NCBI GenBank assembly: GCA_964344235.1
Contig: CAYFMJ010000002.1
Coordinates: 13,320 to 77,319 of the forward strand
Reading direction: 5' to 3'
From: an uncultured Methanosarcinales archaeon
Lineage (GTDB): Archaea; Nanobdellota; Nanobdellia; Woesearchaeales; GW2011-AR9
DNA length: 64,000 nucleotides
The translations under genes were made by a program, and so were the position numbers. This document shows, one piece after another, positions 35,179 through 43,178 of this stretch (its first letter is position 1; every line of letters starts with the position of its first letter). A model generated the notes under the pieces. It was not told the DNA's origin. It saw nothing but the letters and a program-made list of their open reading frames with translations, and ran no database searches.

Positions 35179-37045
35179 CCAATTCTTTGAATAACAAATA
35201 TTTTTTCATCTCTCTCTCAAAATCACTTATCTTAATTGATGAGAAATCTGATTCTAAATACGCTTCTGGAACTAATTCCAATAACTCGTCATCTGGGTCT
35301 AATTCTGTGGAAATTTTAAATTCTGGGACTGCCTTAACTTGATGATTATTGTTGGACATAAAGGCTTTTAATTCATCTTTAATCTCAAGAAGCCTATTAC
35401 TTTCTTGTTTGTCAAAAATTCTTTTCCCCTTTCTTTTTATGAAACCATCTGTATTAGCCTTTGCAAAATAAACCTTCTGGTTTATAAAATCATGAGGTAC
35501 ACCTTTTTTTATAAACATCCCAACAGTATGGACACCAACAGGGTAAAATAACTCCTCTGGGAGAGTCAATACACTTACAAGGGAGTTTTTTCTTAATAAT
35601 TCTCTCCTCCATTGCTTACCACCAGACTCAATAAGGACGGATATTGGAACAATTGCAAAAAGATGCCCACCGTCTTGCATTTGCTCAAGCGCATAGTCTA
35701 TGAAATGACTCTCTTTTTCATCAGATTTTTTTAATGCAAACGGGGGATTCATAAGAACTTTAGTTATGATGGGACTTTCATTTTTATTTCCCTCCCTTCT
35801 TTTAAATTCTCCTGTTGGAAAACCTTTCTTTTGAGTGTATACTATATTCTTCTGAAAGCAATTCCCTTCACTGATATTGTTTTTTCCATCCCCTCGAAAA
35901 ATCATATTAACTAGCGATAGTGAAACCACTTCATCATCTTGTTCTATTCCAAAAACATTATAATTTTTGAATTTGTCTAGCTGTTTATCATTGCTAGAGT
36001 TTTTCACATAATCAAAAGCAGACACTAAAAAACCACCTGTTCCACAGGTTGGGTCAAAAACATAATCATTGTGTTTTATATCAAGGACATCCACCGCAAA
36101 TTTGGTTATATGTCTTGGGGTAAGGACTATGCCAATCTCTTTTGCACCATTACCATATTTTAAAAATTTTTCATAAAACTTTCCGAGGACATCATTACCA
36201 GATGCCATAGCATTCTTTATATCCAAGGTCTGGAGTTCTTTTAGTGTGTTTATTATTGCTCTTCTATACTTAATATGGTTCTCTTTGCTTGGAGGCACTT
36301 CTAGTTTTATAAAATCAAAAAAACTTTCTTTATTTACTTCCTCTAACTTTGTTTTAATGAGATTATTGATATTATCAACAAGAAGTTTTGTTTTAGATGT
36401 CCTTAAACTTATCTCTTCATTTAGAGACAAAGATAAAACAAGCCCAGCTATAAACCTCGCTCTTTTATTTTTGTTTATCCCTGCGTTGTGTAATATCTCA
36501 TTTATTCTCTCAGCTGATGCCAAGTATTTTTCTTCAGGAAAATCAGGAAATTCTTTCCAATTAGGTGTTTTATTTGATAGTAAGTATTCTGCTTGCTCCC
36601 TTGATAATAATGTATCTTTTGGTTTTCCATTGAATAACACTGTTTCCCATTTGCCATCGTGAAGGAATTGGTTGATTATTGTATAACCATCAGTGTCATT
36701 TCCAGCTAACCCTGTTATTATCAGGCATTTAATTTTCTTACTTTTATTTATCTTCTTGGCATATTGGTTTTTTGCTTCATCCAATGCTTCATTAATATCC
36801 TTTTTGTCCCTTTTGCTCTCTATTACCCAATATTCAGAATCATTCAAACACACAACGGCTTCAGGCATATCTCTACCTAGAACTTGTTTAATATTTTCAT
36901 TGTACAAACATTCGTTCTGTTTGTAAACCTCTCCCTCTGGGACCCTGGCAGGATTTTTTACTACCCAACCTAATTCTTCTAACTCCTCTTTAATATAAGC
37001 ATATGCATCAACCTCTGAATTTTTAGGTTTTTTTGAATGAACCAT
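35162..37045 (-). CDS. fused restriction endonuclease / N6-adenine DNA methyltransferase (Type IIB BcgI-A-like)
   Basis: N-terminal PD-ExK-like MPEAVVCLNDSEYWVIESKRD. MTase motif I VFDPTCGTGGFLVSA and motif IV LMNPPFA. 17-nt overlap with the S gene. No HsdR-type helicase nearby. Confidence 0.8.
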   Translation of the reverse strand: MVHSKKPKNSEVDAYAYIKEELEELGWVVKNPARVPEGEVYKQNECLYNENIKQVLGRDMPEAVVCLNDSEYWVIESKRDKKDINEALDEAKNQYAKKINKSKKIKCLIITGLAGNDTDGYTIINQFLHDGKWETVLFNGKPKDTLLSREQAEYLLSNKTPNWKEFPDFPEEKYLASAERINEILHNAGINKNKRARFIAGLVLSLSLNEEISLRTSKTKLLVDNINNLIKTKLEEVNKESFFDFIKLEVPPSKENHIKYRRAIINTLKELQTLDIKNAMASGNDVLGKFYEKFLKYGNGAKEIGIVLTPRHITKFAVDVLDIKHNDYVFDPTCGTGGFLVSAFDYVKNSSNDKQLDKFKNYNVFGIEQDDEVVSLSLVNMIFRGDGKNNISEGNCFQKNIVYTQKKGFPTGEFKRREGNKNESPIITKVLMNPPFALKKSDEKESHFIDYALEQMQDGGHLFAIVPISVLIESGGKQWRRELLRKNSLVSVLTLPEELFYPVGVHTVGMFIKKGVPHDFINQKVYFAKANTDGFIKRKGKRIFDKQESNRLLEIKDELKAFMSNNNHQVKAVPEFKISTELDPDDELLELVPEAYLESDFSSIKISDFEREMKKYLLFKELGEEVD

Positions 37046-37133
37046 CTATCTTTTCCTCTTTTTTGTTTTCTTTTTTGGAGCAGAGAATATTTTGGCATAG
37101 TTAAGGCTCCACTTAACTGATTTGCCTCTAGGC

Positions 37134-37337
37134 TTACTTCTTGTTTTTGTAGCTTTCTTCTTCACCATGTTTAATCAAAATCTCTTCTTTGTATAATTTA
37201 TCAAGATACTTTTTAACTGTTACATAACTTATTCCAGTATACTTAGATATTTCATGAGCAGTCATAAAACCGCCGTGTTTATGAATCGCCCTGATTATTT
37301 CTCTCTCTTTATCTTTAAGTATCGGTTTGCTCGTCAT
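37134..37337 (-). CDS. small HTH DNA-binding protein
   Basis: 67 aa. MTAHEISKYTGISYVTVKKYLDKLYKEEIL is a helix-turn-helix. Confidence 0.55.
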   Translation of the reverse strand: MTSKPILKDKEREIIRAIHKHGGFMTAHEISKYTGISYVTVKKYLDKLYKEEILIKHGEEESYKNKK

Positions 37338-37566
37338 CTACCACCTCAGCGAAAAGACGAGGAACCATCTCGCCATGCTCACTTTTGTCTAACTCAACTC
37401 TAAATCGCATTATTTCATCGCCAGTTAGTCTTGCTCGTTCGGCGATCCTTTTTGGGATTTTAACCGAGAACTGCCCCGTGTTTTTGTGAAGCGTAACTTT
37501 TGCAGTCAACTCAGAACCTTGTTCTCCTTCGATTATTTCTCTAACTTCTTCGATTACCTTTCTCAT
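37315..37566 (-). CDS. SpoVT/AbrB-like small DNA-binding protein
   Basis: 83 aa. FSVKIPKRIAERARLTGDEIMRFRVE resembles the swapped-hairpin AbrB motif. 23-nt overlap with the HTH gene. Confidence 0.45.
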   Translation of the reverse strand: MRKVIEEVREIIEGEQGSELTAKVTLHKNTGQFSVKIPKRIAERARLTGDEIMRFRVELDKSEHGEMVPRLFAEVVDDEQTDT

Positions 37567-37784
37567 TGGAACTAAATATTAATCTTTATTTCATAATAAA
37601 TAGTCTATTGATTTATATAATTATCGTTATTTTCATCATAATTAGACTAATTATTGGTAATTTTTAGAAAGTTTTAAATAAAAGTGACAATAAATAGACT
37701 AAATATTGTAAAATGAAACTTGCGAGGTTGATATTATGGATGTTGTTACTGCTACTGCACGCACGGTTAGCTGGAGGATGATGT

Positions 37785-38846
37785 GTGTTACAAAAGAGAA
37801 AAACCGAGATGTGGAAAAGAGGTCGTTTAGGAGAACGACAAATGGAACTACGGGAATTCAACAAGAAAGTCAAACAGCTCACCTACCCTCAAAATTGGGA
37901 AGCATACAATCGAGCCAAAACGCAGGAGAAAATCCTCGCTGAACGATTACTCTCAGAATTGCTAGAAGCGACAGCTAACATCAAGCCAGCAAGAAAAGGC
38001 GACCAGTACGCTTCTGTGAAAGATAAAATATTCTGTATGTTCGTTTACAACTTTTCTGGACTTAGCTCAAGACGTTGTATGTCTGATGTTAAGATCGCCC
38101 ACCAGAGGGGTTTAATCGCAAGGACACCACACTTTAACTCAATCTTGAACTATTTTGCCGATCCCAACACAACTCCCATTATCAAGAAGTTAATCACTCT
38201 CACGGCGTTGCCATTACGAAACGTGGAGAAAGACTTCGCTGTTGACTCTTCGGGTTTCTCAACATCTCTCTTCGACAGATGGGTAGATTACAGGACGCAG
38301 AAAGTAACAAGAAGAAGACATTGGAAGAAATGCCACATCACAGTCGGAGTTAAGAGTAATGTGATCACTGCTGTAAAAATAACATCTGGCAGTTCCCCTG
38401 ACTGTTCAGAATTCATAGAACTGGTAAGGGAAACGAGGGGGTTCTTTGACGTTGAAGAAGTTTCGGCGGACAAAGCATATTCAAGTAAATCAAATCTCGA
38501 AGCGGTCTCCCAACTTGGAGCGATTCCGTATGTGCCTTTCAAGAAAAACACAACAGGAAAAGCAAGAGGTTCTTACACATGGAGTCGAATGTATGATTAC
38601 TTCCTTAACAACAGAGAACGATTCGATCAATCATATCACAAACGGTCAAACGTTGAAACAGCTTTCCACATGATCAAGCGGAAGTTTGGAAATAATCTCA
38701 GAACAAAGAAAGATATTTCTCATGTCAATGAAATTTTGATGAAGTGCTTGTGCCACAATCTTTCGGTTTTGGTTCAGGAGTCGTTTGAACTTGGGCTAGA
38801 AATTGATTTTTCTCATTGTGCAGAAATCTATGCTGCACAGACGTAG
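37785..38846 (+). CDS. DDE transposase, IS4/IS5 superfamily
   Basis: AVDSSGF (D), SADKAY (D), YHKRSNVETAFHMIKRK (Y-x2-R-x3-E-x6-K). N-terminal YPQNWEAYNRAKTQEK. The real start may be Met at 37809 or 37842. Confidence 0.8.
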   Translation: MLQKRKTEMWKRGRLGERQMELREFNKKVKQLTYPQNWEAYNRAKTQEKILAERLLSELLEATANIKPARKGDQYASVKDKIFCMFVYNFSGLSSRRCMSDVKIAHQRGLIARTPHFNSILNYFADPNTTPIIKKLITLTALPLRNVEKDFAVDSSGFSTSLFDRWVDYRTQKVTRRRHWKKCHITVGVKSNVITAVKITSGSSPDCSEFIELVRETRGFFDVEEVSADKAYSSKSNLEAVSQLGAIPYVPFKKNTTGKARGSYTWSRMYDYFLNNRERFDQSYHKRSNVETAFHMIKRKFGNNLRTKKDISHVNEILMKCLCHNLSVLVQESFELGLEIDFSHCAEIYAAQT

Positions 38847-38854
38847 GGTTATCA

Positions 38855-38867
38855 TTTGTGCAAAGCC
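38855..38867. repeat. right terminal inverted repeat TTTGTGCAAAGCC
   Basis: Exact reverse complement of 33025-33037. Confidence 0.75.
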
Positions 38868-38876
38868 TATAATTCC
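38868..38876. repeat. right copy of the 9-bp target-site duplication TATAATTCC
   Basis: Identical to 33016-33024. Confidence 0.75.
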
Positions 38877-38898
38877 CTTTCCTCATGTAGTCGTAATC

Positions 38899-38907
38899 TT
38901 TATATAA
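38899..38907 (+). promoter_or_regulatory. TATA box TTTATATAA, 22 nt upstream of the serS ATG
   Basis: Motif and spacing as at other genes in the window. Confidence 0.45.
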
Positions 38908-38928
38908 CTCTCTGCAATCCTGCCTTCC

Positions 38929-40224
38929 ATGCTAGCGATCCAATTTATTCGTGATAATCCTAAAATTGTAAAAGCCTCCGAGAAGAAAAGGGGTCGTGAT
39001 CCTAAGCGAATTGACCAACTTCTCACATTAGACGAGGAATGGCGTTCTCTTAAACAGAAGGTAGAAAAACTTCGCCACACACGTAACACTGTTTCCGAAC
39101 AAATCAACAAAGCGAAAAAAGCGAAGAAAGAGAAAGAAGCGCAACAAAAAATTACTAAGATGCGCTCTGTAATCGCTGATATGAAGAAACAGGAAGAAAA
39201 ATTTGCGAAAGTAGAACTGGAACGTAACACTCTGCTGGCGAGCATTGGTAACATTCTTCAAAAAACAGTTCCCAAAGGCAAAGATGATTCTGACAATGTT
39301 GAATTAAAAAAGGTTGGTAAGAAACCGAAATTTACGTTTCCCCTTAAAGACCACATTGAGTTAGGAGAATCACTTGATTTAATTGATTTAGAAACAGCAG
39401 CGAAAAATTCTGGTTCCCGTTTCTACTATCTCAAGAACGAAGCAGTGCTTCTAAGCCAAGCTCTCCAGAGATTTGCAATCGACCTTCTTCTCAAGAAAGG
39501 CTTTACCCTCATCAAAACACCATTCATGCTCAACCGTGCAGCTCTTGCGGGCGGAGTAAACTTAACCGACTTTGAAGATACTATTTACAAAATTGAGGGG
39601 GAAGATCTTTACCTCATTGCAACCTCTGAACATTCCCTTGTTGCATTAAAGCGTAACCAAGTTCTTGAAGCCTCAGAACTACCAATGAAAATCGTTGGTG
39701 TCAGTACTTGCTTTAGAAAAGAATTAGGTGCACACGGTCGAGATGACAAAGGAATCTTTCGTGTCCACGAATTCAACAAAGTAGAAGAAATCATTTATTG
39801 TAAACCAGAGAATTCAGAGAAATACTTCAACGAATTGCAAAAACTCTCTGAAGATATTTTCAAAAAGCTTGGTCTTCCGTATCGGGTAGTTAACATCTGT
39901 ACGGGGGATTTAGGAAATAAACAATCATTACAGTATGATATTGAAGTGTGGTTCCCAGGACAGAATGAAAAGAAAGGAGCGTATCGAGAAGTAACCTCTT
40001 GCAGCAACTGCTTAGACTATCAGTCAGTTTCTCTTAACACAAAATACACAACCAAAGACGGCAAGCGAGAGTATGTTCATCTTCTTAACAATACCGCTTT
40101 AACTGACACCAGGCCAATTGCTGCTATTCTCGAAAATTACCAGCAGAAAGATGGTTCCGTGAAAATTCCGAAAGCCCTCTGGCCGTATATGAATGGGATT
40201 AAAGTAATCAAACCAACAAAATGA
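38929..40224 (+). CDS. serS: seryl-tRNA synthetase
   Basis: N-terminal coiled-coil arm (IRDNP..V......R), class II core (FRVHEFNKVE, TSCSNC.DYQS) and NNTALT.TR. Confidence 0.9.
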   Translation: MLAIQFIRDNPKIVKASEKKRGRDPKRIDQLLTLDEEWRSLKQKVEKLRHTRNTVSEQINKAKKAKKEKEAQQKITKMRSVIADMKKQEEKFAKVELERNTLLASIGNILQKTVPKGKDDSDNVELKKVGKKPKFTFPLKDHIELGESLDLIDLETAAKNSGSRFYYLKNEAVLLSQALQRFAIDLLLKKGFTLIKTPFMLNRAALAGGVNLTDFEDTIYKIEGEDLYLIATSEHSLVALKRNQVLEASELPMKIVGVSTCFRKELGAHGRDDKGIFRVHEFNKVEEIIYCKPENSEKYFNELQKLSEDIFKKLGLPYRVVNICTGDLGNKQSLQYDIEVWFPGQNEKKGAYREVTSCSNCLDYQSVSLNTKYTTKDGKREYVHLLNNTALTDTRPIAAILENYQQKDGSVKIPKALWPYMNGIKVIKPTK

Positions 40225-40256
40225 GTGTCACTTTGTAGTGATTCATTTTCGCAACA

Positions 40257-40264
40257 TTTATATA
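40257..40264 (+). promoter_or_regulatory. TATA box TTTATATA, 23 nt upstream of the ATG at 40287
   Basis: Motif and spacing as above. Confidence 0.45.
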
Positions 40265-40286
40265 TTTCATATACATTCCTCTCGTA

Positions 40287-41399
40287 ATGTTTAAGAGCCT
40301 CCTCGCAACATTACTCGCTGGGGGGATAGCAGCAACAACATTTCTGAGTGATGGAGCACCACTACAACTGGCAGCAGCGTATCATCAACCGTATACTGCA
40401 AGTATTCTCAGTCCACTTTCTGTTGAATCGGTCCCACCTCCTGCCGCACTTACAACCTCCTCTATAACCACCACTCCACCTCCAACCCTGCCTCGGAAAG
40501 CTCTCTCATACTGCACAACCACTCGGAGAATTCATCACTATCCTTCTGAAAGTGTCATTGACAGTACGGGATGTCCCCAATGGTGGAACCTTTTAGCGGA
40601 AGAATCTGAAATTCGTGAGCTTGACCGTGGTTGTGGTAGAATGGAAGACCTACGGGAAGATCTTTATCATCGTCTCGGCAGGTCGTGTGACTCTCCTGTC
40701 CTACGAGAACTAAGAACAAAAGCTCCTTCACCTGACTTTGTTATTTACTTTTTACAAAACATGTATGATGATAACCACCGTGATGGTGCAAAACCAAGTC
40801 CATTTGCTCCACCTGCTGCAGTTATAGAGATTCACAACGCTCTTGATGATCAACCAACATTCCGCCGGCGAGATATCCTGAATATACTCTGTGATGATTA
40901 CGCTGCCACTTCAAAACCTCCAGAAGGCAAAGAAGATGTTTGTCTTTCATTACAACAAGCATATCCTGATGATTTTGAGGTAATAGTAGAAGATCCCTCA
41001 GAAAGTCTTTTCTGCTCTATGCTTGAACCCGTCTTCAATTTTCTTGATTGGCGGCCCCCGTTTTTACATCCAATGCCCTCCGTAGACCTCTCGGAAGAAT
41101 TTCCAGGCATCTTTCCTCCTGGTGAAGCGGGTGTTAGTTTAAGGACCTATAAAATAATTACTACTCCCCTAAATGTGACTTACCACAAAGATGACATTGA
41201 AATGGTTGCTGAGGATTTAGTTCATGTTATTCGCTCAACTGTTCCTGCTGGTAAAGATGTTCTTGCTTATGGTCTAGAATTGAAATCTCAGTTTGGTGAA
41301 CTTTTCACTCTTCCACCAGGCACAGTAGAACTTGTTACCAATAAGCTAGTTGGCTATGACCCTTTGTCCAGGACATTTGCTATTGATAATATTGATTAA
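40287..41399 (+). CDS. hypothetical secreted protein
   Basis: Signal-peptide-like MFKSLLATLLAGGIAATTFL and a Pro/Thr-rich segment. No family recognised. Confidence 0.5.
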   Translation: MFKSLLATLLAGGIAATTFLSDGAPLQLAAAYHQPYTASILSPLSVESVPPPAALTTSSITTTPPPTLPRKALSYCTTTRRIHHYPSESVIDSTGCPQWWNLLAEESEIRELDRGCGRMEDLREDLYHRLGRSCDSPVLRELRTKAPSPDFVIYFLQNMYDDNHRDGAKPSPFAPPAAVIEIHNALDDQPTFRRRDILNILCDDYAATSKPPEGKEDVCLSLQQAYPDDFEVIVEDPSESLFCSMLEPVFNFLDWRPPFLHPMPSVDLSEEFPGIFPPGEAGVSLRTYKIITTPLNVTYHKDDIEMVAEDLVHVIRSTVPAGKDVLAYGLELKSQFGELFTLPPGTVELVTNKLVGYDPLSRTFAIDNID

Positions 41400-41451
41400 C
41401 TGCCCTTTTACCCCCAAAATCCTTATAAACACCTTTCTCTCTCATCATGAG

Positions 41452-42519
41452 ATGTCCTTATTCAAAGATATGCTCCATGCCAACGAATCGTTGTTCAGAG
41501 ACACCATCTTTCTCAGCTACGATTTTCAACCAAAAATCCTCCATGGCCGGGAAAATGAACAACAACGCTTTGCTGTAGCTATCCGCCCTTTATTACAAGG
41601 CCACAATGGCAGAAATGTCTTCGTCTATGGAGCCCCAGGTATTGGAAAAACTACTGCCTGTAAACATGTCCTCCGGGAATTGGAAGATGAAACTGATGAC
41701 GTCATTCCTTTATACATCAACTGTTGGAAAGAAAATACAACCTATAAAATCTTCTACAAAATCTGTGAACAACTTGGTTACAAATTTATTCAGAGTAAAA
41801 AAACCACAGAACTCTTTGCGTTAATCGCACAGAAACTGAACAAAGTAAGTGCCGTCTTCGTTTTTGATGAAATCGACAAATTAGAAGATACAGACTTCCT
41901 CTACACGATCTTGGAAGACATTTACAGAAAATCAATTATTCTTATTACAAATTACAGAGACAGCTATTCCGAAATGGATGAACGCATTCGTAGTAGATTA
42001 AATCCAGAATTCCTTTGCTTTCGAGCGTATAACGAATCAGAAGTTGCAGAAATTCTCAAGCAACGAAAAGAATATGCTTTCGTACCTACTGCCTGGGATG
42101 ATGCCGCGTTTAAAGAAATTGTTGAGAAATGTACGGAAACAAACGACGTGCGTGTTGGTTTGTATATGATGCGGGAAGCAGGGAACGTAGCTGAGGATAA
42201 AAGTTCTAGAACCATCAACGCAGAGCACGTTGCGGAAGCTGTCAAGAAAGTGCAAAATTTTCATATCAAACCGAAGGATGGATTGGATGAGGAGTTACAA
42301 TCAATTCTTGACCTTGTTAAAGCCCACACTGGTAAGAAAATTGGTGATATGTATAGTGAGTATCAACAAACTGGCGGTCAGTTAAGTTACAAAAGTTTCC
42401 ATAGAAGAGTTATGAAATTACAAGATGGCCGCTTCGTTTCGTCAGAAAAAGTTACGGGAAAAGACGGCAATACAACACTTGTCCATTACGCAAGTACAAA
42501 AAAATTAACAGATTTCTAA
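41452..42519 (+). CDS. cdc6: Orc1/Cdc6 replication initiator
   Basis: GRE.E......L, Walker A GAPGIGKTT, Walker B VFVFDEIDKL, and a C-terminal winged helix. Start moved to the ATG at 41452. Confidence 0.85.
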   Translation: MSLFKDMLHANESLFRDTIFLSYDFQPKILHGRENEQQRFAVAIRPLLQGHNGRNVFVYGAPGIGKTTACKHVLRELEDETDDVIPLYINCWKENTTYKIFYKICEQLGYKFIQSKKTTELFALIAQKLNKVSAVFVFDEIDKLEDTDFLYTILEDIYRKSIILITNYRDSYSEMDERIRSRLNPEFLCFRAYNESEVAEILKQRKEYAFVPTAWDDAAFKEIVEKCTETNDVRVGLYMMREAGNVAEDKSSRTINAEHVAEAVKKVQNFHIKPKDGLDEELQSILDLVKAHTGKKIGDMYSEYQQTGGQLSYKSFHRRVMKLQDGRFVSSEKVTGKDGNTTLVHYASTKKLTDF

Positions 42520-43127
42520 AGCCCAATATCCACAACTACACATTTCTCCTGCATCGATTCTAAACCAACTTTCACGTCATGTAACGCTACAATTAAATCA
42601 GCATTCCCTACTAACGTTCCTTCTCCTGTATCTGGGTGCATCCCCGATGGTACATCAACCGCTACTTTATAGCCCAACAACGAATTATAATAATTAATAC
42701 CTAATGAAACTGGTCCTCTTACCTCTCCTTTCACACCCGTGCCAAGAAGCGCATCCACCAAAATAATGTTATCTCTCTGCTGGATTCTAAATTTCTCTAA
42801 ATCCTCTTGACTTTGCACTTCAATCACTGGAACGCTGTCTTTAATTTTTCGATAATTCTGCAGTGCAGCATCCCCTAACTTTTCTTCTTGTCCAAAAAAT
42901 AACACAATCACATTACACACTTCAGCAAAATATCGTGCTGCAACAAACCCGTCACCACCATTACTTCCATGTCCTGCGAAAATCACAACATGTTGGTCTG
43001 CTAAATCCATCTTCTTCTTCACAGCTAAGAATACCCTTTTACCTGCAGTCTCCATCAATCGCTCTTCTGAAATTCCTCTATCTGCAGCGGCTTTCTCCAA
43101 CGCTTTCATTTCAGCTGTGGTTATCAT
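42516..43127 (-). CDS. NAD(P)H-hydrate epimerase (YjeF N-terminal domain)
   Basis: VIFAGHGSNGGDGFVAARYF and VDALLGTG motifs. Confidence 0.75.
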   Translation of the reverse strand: MITTAEMKALEKAAADRGISEERLMETAGKRVFLAVKKKMDLADQHVVIFAGHGSNGGDGFVAARYFAEVCNVIVLFFGQEEKLGDAALQNYRKIKDSVPVIEVQSQEDLEKFRIQQRDNIILVDALLGTGVKGEVRGPVSLGINYYNSLLGYKVAVDVPSGMHPDTGEGTLVGNADLIVALHDVKVGLESMQEKCVVVDIGL

Positions 43128-43178
43128 TACCTGAACTCTAAAAGAAATGTATTTAAAGTTTCTCCTTTTCTCACCCTC

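Larger units (their letters stand above)
33025..38867 (+). mobile_element. 5,843-bp cargo-carrying transposon (IS4/IS5-type transposase + Type IIB R-M + Cas4-like nuclease + regulators)
   Basis: Perfect 13-nt TIRs GGCTTTGCACAAA / TTTGTGCAAAGCC and a 9-bp TSD. The IRR lies 8 nt after the transposase stop. No internal IRL copy. The body is visibly more AT-rich than the flanks. Confidence 0.7.

Noticed and set aside
41400-41451. Looked for a replication origin (ORB repeats, AT-rich unwinding element) next to orc1/cdc6.
   Set aside because: The upstream spacer is only 52 nt. The downstream gene overlaps the cdc6 stop. No repeated ORB-like boxes were seen, so an origin, if nearby, is not in these spacers.
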